Part shown: positions 1 through 9,284 of the stretch, in pieces
Numbering within the stretch: the stretch's first letter is position 1
Layout: each line of letters begins with the position of its first letter
NCBI RefSeq assembly: GCF_003018255.1
Contig: NZ_CP027440.1
DNA from: Escherichia coli
GTDB lineage: Bacteria > Pseudomonadota > Gammaproteobacteria > Enterobacterales > Enterobacteriaceae
Reading direction: 5' to 3' (one strand)
DNA length: 64,000 bases
Notes under the pieces: model-generated
Database searches by the model: none
Seen by the model: only the letters and a program-made list of their open reading frames with translations
Told to the model about the DNA's origin: nothing
Position numbers and translations under genes: made by a program

Positions 1-1046
1 CCGTTCAGCTTGTCGTTTTCCTGGCTGATGTGCGAAAGCATCTCTTCGGCAATACCATGCGAATACGGCACCGCCACACAGAAGCTGGCCCCGGCAGGCA
101 TACTGTTCCATACCGGCGTAAAATCGAAACTGGCATCTACGCTGGCGGATTCATCATTTAACGCCACAAAGCTATGCCAGCCGTCGTTGCTCATTTCGAA
201 GCGTACGCCAGCAAAAGAAGGCATTAATCGCTGGTAGCCAAACCCCAGCAACCTGGCGCTGACAACAATACGCTGGCGTACTGGCGTTTTTTCAGCAGCA
301 CGCTCTTCCAGGCCAAAGCTGGCTTGCCAGCGTTTTTTACCGCTCAACAAATCACTTGCGATCGCCGTGGCTTCGGTATCCTGCTGGTCATCTTTAAACA
401 GCATATCCGTACTGGAAAACACCAGCATCTTGTCCTGATAAGTCGCGAACATCAGGGCGTTATTGCCGTTATAGCGCAACTGATAAACCGGGATGGTTTC
501 ACTATTTAGCTTAATACTACTGATTTCCGTTTTGCTTAACTGGCTGTCGCTGGTAGCGGCAAACAACAATGGCTCCAACAGTTTGCTTAAACCACTGCGC
601 TGGATCAGCACCATGTAATGTGAAAGATGGCCTTGTTTATCGTGCCATAGCGCCGCCTGCGCGGGCTGATCTAAGAGTGACGAAAAGAGCTTATCTTTCA
701 GCGTGAGATCGTGTTCATAGACAATGCGGCGAATGCTGCCTTCAATGCCCAGACGATCGGCATGATTCTGATAATAGAAAACGAAATCTTCACTCAGAAC
801 ATCGTGGAGAAACGGAATGGTAAGGAGGTCTTTGGGAAGCTGGCTCAGAGAGTCGCTGTCGAGAAAGAGGTCCGGCTCATTGAGATCGATTTGCAGATTG
901 TTGTGCACCACCAGCGGCGACAACGTTTTTTCTGGCCCACTGCCAGCATATTGCAACGCCCAGACGCCAGCGGAAAGCAGTACTATTGCGCCCAAACCTA
1001 CAAGACCATAGAACCGCCAGCCTTTCGCCTTTTTTTCACCACTCAT
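1..1046 (-). CDS. yfaA: DUF2138-family protein YfaA, N-terminal part (gene continues beyond window start)
   Basis: Manual minus-strand translation from the ATG at 1046-1044 stays open to position 1 (MSGEKKAKGWRFYGLVGLGAIVLLSAGVWALQYAGSG...), with a signal/TM-like N-terminus. It is absent from the ORF track only because it has no stop inside the window. Position downstream of gyrA matches my recollection of E. coli synteny. Confidence 0.6.
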   Translation of the reverse strand, partial: MSGEKKAKGWRFYGLVGLGAIVLLSAGVWALQYAGSGPEKTLSPLVVHNNLQIDLNEPDLFLDSDSLSQLPKDLLTIPFLHDVLSEDFVFYYQNHADRLGIEGSIRRIVYEHDLTLKDKLFSSLLDQPAQAALWHDKQGHLSHYMVLIQRSGLSKLLEPLLFAATSDSQLSKTEISSIKLNSETIPVYQLRYNGNNALMFATYQDKMLVFSSTDMLFKDDQQDTEATAIASDLLSGKKRWQASFGLEERAAEKTPVRQRIVVSARLLGFGYQRLMPSFAGVRFEMSNDGWHSFVALNDESASVDASFDFTPVWNSMPAGASFCVAVPYSHGIAEEMLSHISQENDKLN

Positions 1047-1194
1047 TGCCACATTCCTTGTGTAAAGCCAGCCATTTTTTACGAGCACAGCAAAACTTTA
1101 CCGCGCCCTAATACGACAAAAGCCCAGACTTTGCAGCCTGGACTTTTCAATTCAAACAAGGGAGATAGCTCCCTTTTGGCATGAAGAAGTAAAA

Positions 1195-3822
1195 TTATTC
1201 TTCTTCTGGCTCGTCGTCAACGTCCACTTCCGGAGCGATTTCATCGTCCCCTTCCGCGGCACTGCCGTCGATGGTATCCAGATCTTCCTCGTCAACCGGT
1301 TCAGCAACACGTTGCAGACCCACTACGTTTTCATCTTCCGCAGTACGGATGAGGATCACGCCCTGGGTGTTACGGCCCACGATGCTGATTTCCGAAACGC
1401 GAGTACGTACCAGCGTACCGGCATCGGTGATCATCATGATCTGGTCGCAGTCATCTACCTGCACCGCGCCAACCACTAAACCGTTACGTTCGGTAACCTT
1501 GATGGAGATAACCCCTTTCGTCGCACGCGACTTAGTCGGGTATTCCGCCACTGCGGTACGTTTACCATAACCGTTCTGCGTTGCGGTGAGGATTGCGCCA
1601 TCGCCACGAGGCACGATCAGAGAGACGACTTTATCGCCTTCGCCTAAACGAATACCGCGAACACCGGTGGTGTTGCAGCCCATCGCACGGACAGAAGACT
1701 CTTTAAAGCGCACCACTTTACCTTCGGCGGAGAACAGCATTACTTCGTCTTCGCCGCTGGTCAGGTCAACGCCGATCAGCTCATCGCCTTCAACCAGTTT
1801 GATCGCCACTTTACCGGCGGTACGCAGACGGTTGAACTCGGTGAGGACGGTTTTCTTCACAGTACCGTTAGCGGTCGCCATGAAGACTTTCACGCCTTCT
1901 TCAAACTCGGTCACCGGCAGGATCGCAGTGATACGTTCGTCCTGCTCCAGCGGCAGCAGGTTGACGATCGGACGACCACGCGCGCCACGAGTGGCTTCTG
2001 GTAACTGGTAGACCTTCATCGAATAGACGCGGCCACGGCTGGAGAAGCACAGAATATGGTCGTGGGTGTTCGCCACCAGCAGTCGGTCAATAAAGTCTTC
2101 TTCTTTAATACGTGCGGCAGATTTGCCTTTCCCGCCACGACGCTGCGCTTCGTATTCAGAAAGCGGCTGATACTTCACGTAGCCCTGGTGAGAGAGTGTT
2201 ACCACCACATCTTCCTGGGTGATTAGATCTTCCAGGTTGATGTCAGCGCTGTTGGCAGTGATTTCAGTACGACGTTTGTCGCCGAACTGTTCACGAACCA
2301 GCTCCAGCTCTTCGCGGATCACTTCCATCAGACGATCGGCACTGCCAAGAATACGCAGCAGTTCTGCGATCTGATCCAGCAGCTCTTTGTATTCGTCGAG
2401 CAGTTTTTCATGCTCAAGGCCGGTCAGTTTCTGCAAACGCAGATCCAGAATCGCCTGAGCTTGCTGTTCGGTCAGGTAGTACAGACCATCACGCACGCCG
2501 AACTCTGGCTCCAGCCATTCCGGACGCGCAGCATCATCGCCCGCACGTTCGAGCATGGCGGCAACGTTGCCCAGCTGCCACGGATTAGCCACCAGCGCAG
2601 TTTTCGCTTCTGCAGGCGTCGGCGCATGACGGATCAGTTCGATGATCGGGTCGATGTTCGCCAGCGCTACGGCTAATGCTTCAAGGATATGAGCACGATC
2701 GCGAGCTTTACGCAGTTCGAAAATAGTACGACGAGTCACCACTTCGCGGCGGTGACGAACAAACGCCGCGATGATGTCTTTCAGGTTCATGATCTTCGGC
2801 TGACCATGGTGCAATGCCACCATGTTGATACCGAAAGAAACCTGCAACTGGGTCTGGGAGTAGAGGTTGTTGAGCACAACTTCACCGACCGCATCGCGTT
2901 TCACTTCAATCACGATGCGCATACCGTCTTTGTCAGACTCGTCACGCAGCGCGCTGATGCCTTCCACGCGTTTTTCTTTTACCAGTTCCGCAATCTTCTC
3001 GATCAGGCGCGCTTTGTTTACCTGATACGGAATTTCGTGGACGATAATGGTTTCACGTCCGGTTTTGGCGTCAACTTCCACTTCAGCACGGGCGCGGATA
3101 TATACCTTGCCGCGACCGGTACGGTAAGCTTCTTCAATACCGCGACGACCGTTAATGATTGCCGCCGTCGGGAAGTCCGGCCCGGGGATGTGTTCCATCA
3201 GCCCTTCAATGCTGATGTCTTCATCATCGATATACGCCAGACAACCGTTGATGACTTCCGTCAAGTTGTGCGGCGGGATGTTGGTTGCCATACCTACGGC
3301 GATACCGGAAGAACCGTTCACCAGCAGGTTAGGAATTTTGGTTGGCATGACGTCGGGAATTTTTTCCGTGCCGTCATAGTTATCTACGAAATCGACCGTC
3401 TCTTTTTCGAGATCGGCCATCAGTTCATGGGCAATTTTCGCCAGACGGATTTCCGTATAACGCATTGCCGCCGCAGAGTCGCCGTCGATGGAACCGAAGT
3501 TACCCTGACCGTCTACCAGCATGTAACGCAGCGAGAATGGCTGCGCCATACGGACGATCGTGTCATAAACCGCCGAGTCACCATGGGGATGGTATTTACC
3601 GATTACGTCACCAACGACACGGGCAGATTTTTTATAGGCTTTGTTCCAGTCATTGCCTAGTACGTTCATGGCGTAAAGTACGCGACGGTGTACCGGCTTC
3701 AGGCCATCTCGGACATCTGGCAGCGCACGGCCAACAATGACCGACATCGCATAATCCAGATAGGAGCTCTTCAGCTCTTCCTCAATGTTGACCGGTGTAA
3801 TTTCTCTCGCAAGGTCGCTCAT
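1195..3822 (-). CDS. gyrA: DNA gyrase subunit A
   Basis: 875-aa ORF starting [17 protein letters not shown], with the GyrA active-site and QRDR region (..[20 protein letters not shown]..) and the acidic C-terminal tail DEPEEE. Confidence 0.97.
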   Translation of the reverse strand: MSDLAREITPVNIEEELKSSYLDYAMSVIVGRALPDVRDGLKPVHRRVLYAMNVLGNDWNKAYKKSARVVGDVIGKYHPHGDSAVYDTIVRMAQPFSLRYMLVDGQGNFGSIDGDSAAAMRYTEIRLAKIAHELMADLEKETVDFVDNYDGTEKIPDVMPTKIPNLLVNGSSGIAVGMATNIPPHNLTEVINGCLAYIDDEDISIEGLMEHIPGPDFPTAAIINGRRGIEEAYRTGRGKVYIRARAEVEVDAKTGRETIIVHEIPYQVNKARLIEKIAELVKEKRVEGISALRDESDKDGMRIVIEVKRDAVGEVVLNNLYSQTQLQVSFGINMVALHHGQPKIMNLKDIIAAFVRHRREVVTRRTIFELRKARDRAHILEALAVALANIDPIIELIRHAPTPAEAKTALVANPWQLGNVAAMLERAGDDAARPEWLEPEFGVRDGLYYLTEQQAQAILDLRLQKLTGLEHEKLLDEYKELLDQIAELLRILGSADRLMEVIREELELVREQFGDKRRTEITANSADINLEDLITQEDVVVTLSHQGYVKYQPLSEYEAQRRGGKGKSAARIKEEDFIDRLLVANTHDHILCFSSRGRVYSMKVYQLPEATRGARGRPIVNLLPLEQDERITAILPVTEFEEGVKVFMATANGTVKKTVLTEFNRLRTAGKVAIKLVEGDELIGVDLTSGEDEVMLFSAEGKVVRFKESSVRAMGCNTTGVRGIRLGEGDKVVSLIVPRGDGAILTATQNGYGKRTAVAEYPTKSRATKGVISIKVTERNGLVVGAVQVDDCDQIMMITDAGTLVRTRVSEISIVGRNTQGVILIRTAEDENVVGLQRVAEPVDEEDLDTIDGSAAEGDDEIAPEVDVDDEPEEE

Positions 3823-3968
3823 CTAACCGCTATCCCTCTACTGTATCCCGGATTCAAAGGTCGCAAATTATAACACAGCCGCGCAGTTTGAGGTAAACCT
3901 ATACGCTTTATTCACATCCAATGCCTGATATACTCGTTTGTCTTGCCAATTACGGAGTAGAAGTGCCA

Positions 3969-4691
3969 ATGAATGCCGAAAAATCGCCGGTAAACCATAA
4001 CGTAGACCACGAAGAGATCGCTAAATTTGAAGCTGTCGCCTCCCGCTGGTGGGATCTTGAAGGTGAGTTCAAACCGCTGCACCGCATTAACCCGCTGCGT
4101 CTGGGCTATATTGCCGAGCGTGCTGGCGGTTTATTTGGCAAAAAGGTGCTCGATGTCGGTTGTGGCGGCGGCATTCTGGCCGAGAGTATGGCGCGCGAAG
4201 GTGCGACGGTGACCGGTCTGGATATGGGCTTTGAGCCATTGCAGGTGGCAAAGCTGCACGCGCTGGAAAGCGGCATTCAGGTGGATTACGTGCAGGAAAC
4301 CGTGGAAGAGCACGCGGCAAAACATGCCGGGCAGTATGATGTGGTGACCTGCATGGAGATGCTGGAGCACGTCCCCGATCCGCAGTCAGTGGTCAGAGCC
4401 TGTGCGCAACTGGTGAAACCGGGCGGCGATGTCTTTTTCTCGACGCTTAACCGCAACGGCAAGTCATGGCTGATGGCGGTGGTTGGCGCGGAATATATTT
4501 TGCGCATGGTGCCCAAAGGCACGCATGATGTGAAGAAGTTTATTAAACCGGCAGAGCTGCTGGGCTGGGTGGATCAGACCAGTCTTAAAGAGCGACATAT
4601 AACCGGGTTACATTACAACCCGATCACTAATTCCTTTAAGCTCGGCCCCGGCGTGGATGTGAACTATATGCTGCACACGCAGAATAAGTGA
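3969..4691 (+). CDS. ubiG: bifunctional 3-demethylubiquinone / 2-polyprenyl-6-hydroxyphenol O-methyltransferase
   Basis: ORF 3921-4691; the internal start [20 protein letters not shown] at 3969 matches the UbiG N-terminus as I recall it. SAM-methyltransferase motif [13 protein letters not shown]. Divergent from gyrA. Confidence 0.92.
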   Translation: MNAEKSPVNHNVDHEEIAKFEAVASRWWDLEGEFKPLHRINPLRLGYIAERAGGLFGKKVLDVGCGGGILAESMAREGATVTGLDMGFEPLQVAKLHALESGIQVDYVQETVEEHAAKHAGQYDVVTCMEMLEHVPDPQSVVRACAQLVKPGGDVFFSTLNRNGKSWLMAVVGAEYILRMVPKGTHDVKKFIKPAELLGWVDQTSLKERHITGLHYNPITNSFKLGPGVDVNYMLHTQNK

Positions 4692-4727
4692 GGTTGTTGT
4701 TTGGATTCATCCGGCAACCGCGCCAAT

Positions 4728-4809
4728 GCCTGATGCGACGCTTGCCGCGTCTTATCAGGCCTACAAATGCTCTCCGTAGGCCTGATAAGGCGTTTACGCC
4801 GCATCCGGC
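4728..4809. repeat. REP/BIME element (two inverted REP units) between ubiG and yfaL
   Basis: GCCTGATGCGACGCTTGCCGCGTCTTATCAGGCCTAC at 4728-4764 and the inverted copy GTAGGCCTGATAAGGCGTTTACGCCGCATCCGGC at 4777-4809; classic REP consensus. Confidence 0.6.
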
Positions 4810-4831
4810 AATAGTGATGGTCAGACAGCGA

Positions 4832-7800
4832 TTACCATTTCACCGTCATCGACAAAAACCCTGCCGTCTGGGCAAAATCATCACTCCCTTTCTGCCACGC
4901 CACGCTGCCGCGCAGGGACACTCGCTGACTGATATTGCCCGTGACTCCCACTTTTATTTCACCCCGTTGCTTCACCCCATCGTCACTGATAGTGCTGCCA
5001 TCTTCTTCAATTTCCGTCGCATGGGGATCGTGATAATAATTCAGATCTAATGTTGGTATGACATGAACAGCGGTACGCCATTCGCTGTGTAAACCCAGCC
5101 GCGTCTGAATATCATCACCCTGCGATTGTGACACGCGCGCATGGTTAGCGGCGGTAAAATCATCCTGCTGCACGCCCTGATAAATCACCTGCGCCTGCGG
5201 TTCAATCACCACACCACGCCCCGGTAACCATTGATACCCGGCTTCCAGCGAGGCGATAATCCCCGACGAGTGGTAATGATCCACGCCATCGTCTTGTTCA
5301 GAAACATCATTGTTAAACCACGCATATTGCAGCCAGCTATCCAGCCAGACCCCCTGCTTCTGATTACCGTGCTGATACCAGCTTGAGGTCAGCCCAACGG
5401 CATAACCGTGGTTCTGGTTATCGGCGCGAGTTCCGCTCATATTCGAGCGGCTGTCGCCCTGGTTATCGCTGTAGCCACCAACAATCCCAAGCATCCACTC
5501 GCCATCATCACCCCAGTGCCTGCTAAACAGATCGCCGCTAAGCTGCACCGTAGAAGTGTCTTCATGCTGAGCCAGTTGCCCTGCCGCCGTGTAATGATAA
5601 CGCCCGCCGATAACGCGTAAATTCAGCGTCTGACCATCGCCACCAGCGTGATCGCGTCGCTCCATCACAAATGCCTGATTTGCCGCACGTAGGTTATTAA
5701 AATATCCACCAACTTTGGCATTCAACACCGGCTGGTAAGCAGGCGTAGGTCCAGGGTCGGGGGTTGGGTCGGGATCCGGCGTGGGATCAGGATCTGGAGT
5801 CGGGTCCGGATCGGGCGGCGGCGTCGGAGTGACTTCTTGCGATCGCAGATACCAGTCATTGTTATCTTCCACCAGCGTATAGTCATACGCCCCCATATTG
5901 ACGTAGCCGCTTCCTGCCAGACGGAACTGCGCATTGTTTTGAAACTGCGTGGGATCAGCTGCGAAATCAACCACTTTAATACCTGTAGATGTCGGCTCAC
6001 CAATACCCGTAATGGGGTTAATTACCACGGCCGTGTTGCCAGCAGTATTACCGTTCAATACCAGTTGGTCACTTGCCGAGTCATCGCCGTTTAATTCGCT
6101 GTCGAGCAGTAGCGTACCGCCGCCGGTATAATCACCATTTACCGTCAGCGTGTCGCCAGCGACGCCATTTTGCAGGCTAATCGCACCGGACGTATTGGTC
6201 AGATTGCCATTAACCGTCACGTCGGAAAGATAAGTCAGGCTGTCAGTTTCAAGGTTGGTATTAAGCTCGCCTGTCAGCGTCACGCCATCGGTGGCATTCA
6301 CCAACGTACCGTCGCCGCTAAACAGCGAGGCATCCAGCACCTGGTTCGTATCCTGCTGCGTCAATCGCAACACAGTACCATCGGTTATGTCGATATCGCC
6401 GCCAGAGGTGGCATCGATTGAGCGAATATCCTGATTTTGCCCGGTTTCAAAAACACCGTCTTCCCCCACCCACAGTGAAGAAACATAAGGAATAATATTC
6501 TCCGCTTCACCTTTTAGCGTTCCGTCCTCCACACGTACCGCAGACGTCGCAGTGCCGCTGGCGGTCAACTCCAGCGTACCGCCGCCACTTTTAGTCAACG
6601 TGCTTACGCTATCCAGTTGTTGCCCGGTACTATCCGCCATCAACCCGCCCCATTGCGTATCTACGCCATCCTCAACGTGTATTTCGCCATCAGCGCGCAT
6701 TTCAATATTCCTGCCCTGACCTGTTGTAGCCGAGCGAGTGTCAACATCAGTCGTCACATCCATTTCACTGTGTTGTTGGGGATCTGTGAAGATCACTGAA
6801 CGGTTGTAACTTGTGTCCCCCAATTGCGAATTATCGCTGACTTCAAGCGTACCGGAGGCGATTTGCGTATTACCGAGATAACCGTTGTTATTCGCCAGCG
6901 TTACGCGCTGATCCCCCGCATTAATGACGACATAAACGCCATTCTGGCTGGCATCACTGCCGCCAATATGTAAATCATCGCCACTGCTGATATCAACGAC
7001 ATCATTACTGCCAATCACTGTCCCCCCGCTGCCGCTGATTTGCAGACCGTCATTGTATGAGCTATCGCCATCCCAGGTGGTGAAATCAGAGAGATCCAAT
7101 ACTCCGCCATTTAGCACGATCGATTGCGGATCGCTCTGCATTGCCCGTAAATCGGCCTGATTCCCCGCTAGCGACAATACGGCGTTATCTTCCACCACAA
7201 TATCGCCGGTTAATGCCATCGACTGCGCCCCTGTCAGGAGATAGCTGCCATCTTGCGCTACCGTCAACTGTCCTTCACCCTGAATCGAGCCGGAAAAACC
7301 GCCCTGGTTTACGGTAACATTGCCGCCTGCGTCGATATTCAAAATGCCATTAGCAAAACCGGTTAATGAGTGCACAAACGTTTGTTGTGTATTGCCAACA
7401 TTCAGTTCTGCCTGATACTCAGAATGAACAGTGCTGCCGACCATCAGACCAAAGCAATCCTGCGGATCGCTCTGACAGTGCGTGTCGCCGACATTCATTA
7501 ACTCATCGCTGCGCCCCAACGTCACCTCGCCATTCTGGATACTTATCTCGCCGGTAAACGCATTATTGTCGGCATTGAGGACTAACTCTCCCGCTCCCTC
7601 TTTAACGATGACTCCCGTTCCGGCAAGAGAATCAATCGCGCCATCGTTGCTGGTATTGCCTATTACCAGCGTTTTATCGGCGGCAATGTTAAATTCAGCC
7701 ACACTATGACCGATATACATAAAGCCCCCCGCCGCTGCCGTCGCCGAATGGTCATATCCCGAGGCGCTGTTATTTTCATCAATCATCACACCATTGTTTT

Positions 7801-8596
7801 GGTCATAATTATCATCAACAGAAATATCAATAAGATACGGGGATGTGGTGCTGCTGGTATAAATTGCTCCGCCATAACCTTCTGCATAGTTATTGGTAAA
7901 GGAGGTATTATTAATTATCGTTTTTCCTGAAAGATGTGTGTTATCCGTACTATTATCCGTAACATCAATAGCGCCGCCATCCCCATCACTATAACTTGTT
8001 GATGTATATGCCTGGTTATTATTAAAAGCATCATCACTTAAATAGTCGTCATTATTGATGGTATAAATTGCACCGCCTTTGCCGTCATTAGCGATGTTAT
8101 TGTGAAATACGGCGTTAGTGACACGTAAATCGGCGGCACCGGTATCATTGGTACCGGCAGAATAGATTGCTCCGCCATAGCCTCCTGCAACATTACTGTC
8201 GAAAATAACATTCGCAAGATTTATCGTTGAGTTTTCTTTAGCAAAGATAGCCCCACCATTATTATATTCGCCACTAACCGAGTTATCAGCAAACAGGGTC
8301 ATCCCTGTTTCATTTTGTGGTGAAATCGTAAATTCAGCACTTTGCTGCAAAAATACTGCGCCACCGCTGGCATTATTGGCCATACCCGAAAAAATCAACC
8401 ATTGCCCATCCGCGATGCTCCAGTCCTGCATATTGCCCGAAAGGCTTTGCCTGCTGGCCTGACAGTTCGCTTTGATATCATATCCCTGGCATGAATCGAT
8501 GACCGCTGCGGCACCGTTACCAGAGAAAAGAGATGCAATCATTGACGGGAGTAAAGATAAATACTCCTTGCGTAGAAAGATAATCCGCATATTCAT
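4832..8596 (-). CDS. yfaL: AIDA-I-type autotransporter adhesin (passenger with beta-helix repeats, Pro-rich linker, C-terminal beta-barrel)
   Basis: 1254-aa ORF with an N-terminal signal peptide (true start may be the Met 2 codons in, at 8590), repetitive GGAIY / N-rich passenger, a TPDPDP linker and a C-terminal barrel domain ending ..FLSMTVKW. Confidence 0.9.
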   Translation of the reverse strand: MNMRIIFLRKEYLSLLPSMIASLFSGNGAAAVIDSCQGYDIKANCQASRQSLSGNMQDWSIADGQWLIFSGMANNASGGAVFLQQSAEFTISPQNETGMTLFADNSVSGEYNNGGAIFAKENSTINLANVIFDSNVAGGYGGAIYSAGTNDTGAADLRVTNAVFHNNIANDGKGGAIYTINNDDYLSDDAFNNNQAYTSTSYSDGDGGAIDVTDNSTDNTHLSGKTIINNTSFTNNYAEGYGGAIYTSSTTSPYLIDISVDDNYDQNNGVMIDENNSASGYDHSATAAAGGFMYIGHSVAEFNIAADKTLVIGNTSNDGAIDSLAGTGVIVKEGAGELVLNADNNAFTGEISIQNGEVTLGRSDELMNVGDTHCQSDPQDCFGLMVGSTVHSEYQAELNVGNTQQTFVHSLTGFANGILNIDAGGNVTVNQGGFSGSIQGEGQLTVAQDGSYLLTGAQSMALTGDIVVEDNAVLSLAGNQADLRAMQSDPQSIVLNGGVLDLSDFTTWDGDSSYNDGLQISGSGGTVIGSNDVVDISSGDDLHIGGSDASQNGVYVVINAGDQRVTLANNNGYLGNTQIASGTLEVSDNSQLGDTSYNRSVIFTDPQQHSEMDVTTDVDTRSATTGQGRNIEMRADGEIHVEDGVDTQWGGLMADSTGQQLDSVSTLTKSGGGTLELTASGTATSAVRVEDGTLKGEAENIIPYVSSLWVGEDGVFETGQNQDIRSIDATSGGDIDITDGTVLRLTQQDTNQVLDASLFSGDGTLVNATDGVTLTGELNTNLETDSLTYLSDVTVNGNLTNTSGAISLQNGVAGDTLTVNGDYTGGGTLLLDSELNGDDSASDQLVLNGNTAGNTAVVINPITGIGEPTSTGIKVVDFAADPTQFQNNAQFRLAGSGYVNMGAYDYTLVEDNNDWYLRSQEVTPTPPPDPDPTPDPDPTPDPDPTPDPGPTPAYQPVLNAKVGGYFNNLRAANQAFVMERRDHAGGDGQTLNLRVIGGRYHYTAAGQLAQHEDTSTVQLSGDLFSRHWGDDGEWMLGIVGGYSDNQGDSRSNMSGTRADNQNHGYAVGLTSSWYQHGNQKQGVWLDSWLQYAWFNNDVSEQDDGVDHYHSSGIIASLEAGYQWLPGRGVVIEPQAQVIYQGVQQDDFTAANHARVSQSQGDDIQTRLGLHSEWRTAVHVIPTLDLNYYHDPHATEIEEDGSTISDDGVKQRGEIKVGVTGNISQRVSLRGSVAWQKGSDDFAQTAGFLSMTVKW
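5745..5830 (-). repeat. in-frame Pro/Asp/Thr tandem repeat (PTPPPDPDPTPDPDPTPDPDPTPDPGPTP) inside yfaL
   Basis: Near-perfect 18-nt periodicity on the coding strand; linker between the passenger and translocator domains. Confidence 0.7.
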
Positions 8597-9123
8597 CTAA
8601 CCATCATTTTCTATAAGATGGCGTATTTAATCGCATTATGCGATATAGGGTATTTTTCTTTTGTAAATTCTGCCCCTGATGTAATAACTATTTTGTTATT
8701 ATCTGATAATTAATTTAGATGCATCACAATTCAAATTAATAACTTTAAGGTAAATCGGTTATATTTAAACTAAATTAAAGCAATAAATAATATTCTTATA
8801 ATAAATACAAAAGTAACAAATTGGCTTAGTATTTAACAATAACCGCATAGAAAACAACCATTTCGACATCAACAATCGCTTACATTCGCTTATATATTGA
8901 CCACAACTGATACATCAGATTATGTGATGACTCGTGCTTAGATCAATTTTTGCAATCATTAGCAAAAAGATTAATAAACCATCTATATCAATTTATCCAA
9001 CCTATTCTGCCGTTCAAGAAATCACCGAACAGTTATTTTTAACAAATTTTTCTCTTCCCATTGACTTTCCCGGACACCTTGTCTGACCTAAGGTGCGCGA
9101 AAGCCACTTTTTCCTTCCTGAGT

Positions 9124-9208
9124 TATCCACAAAGTTATGCACTTGCAAGAGGGCCATTTTCACACTATCTTGCAGTGAATCCCAAACATACCCCCTATAT
9201 ATAGTGTT
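9124..9208 (+). promoter_or_regulatory. nrdAB promoter region with a DnaA box (TTATCCACA, 9124-9132) and two NrdR-box-like palindromes (9161-9177, 9193-9208)
   Basis: Exact DnaA-box nonamer; CACACTATCTTGCAGTG and CCCTATATATAGTGTT resemble the NrdR box consensus; located about 80-160 bp upstream of the nrdA ATG. Confidence 0.5.
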
Positions 9209-9284
9209 CTAAGCAGCTTCCCTCACTACAGGTAGTCTGCATGAAACTATTGCGGAAAGAATTCCAAAAACAGGTACGACATAC

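Noticed and set aside
3921-4691. 5'-extended ORF-track starts (ubiG 3921, nrdB 11573, glpQ 15060, glpB 18233, glpC 19438, yfaZ 26603, nudI 26711, ais 27930, arnB 28148, pmrD 35821, menD 41863)
   Set aside because: The extensions run into upstream genes, REP elements or spacers; internal starts give the expected protein N-termini (signal peptides, conserved motifs) and operon-consistent spacing.
4728-4809. REP/BIME palindromes as possible IS or MITE ends
   Set aside because: No transposase ORF and no target-site duplication; the sequences match the ordinary chromosomal REP consensus.
5745-5830. Short tandem repeats (yfaL TPDPDP, Rpn WQEGKLEG) as a possible CRISPR or minisatellite locus
   Set aside because: The repeats are in frame within coding sequence, have no spacer/repeat alternation and no cas genes.
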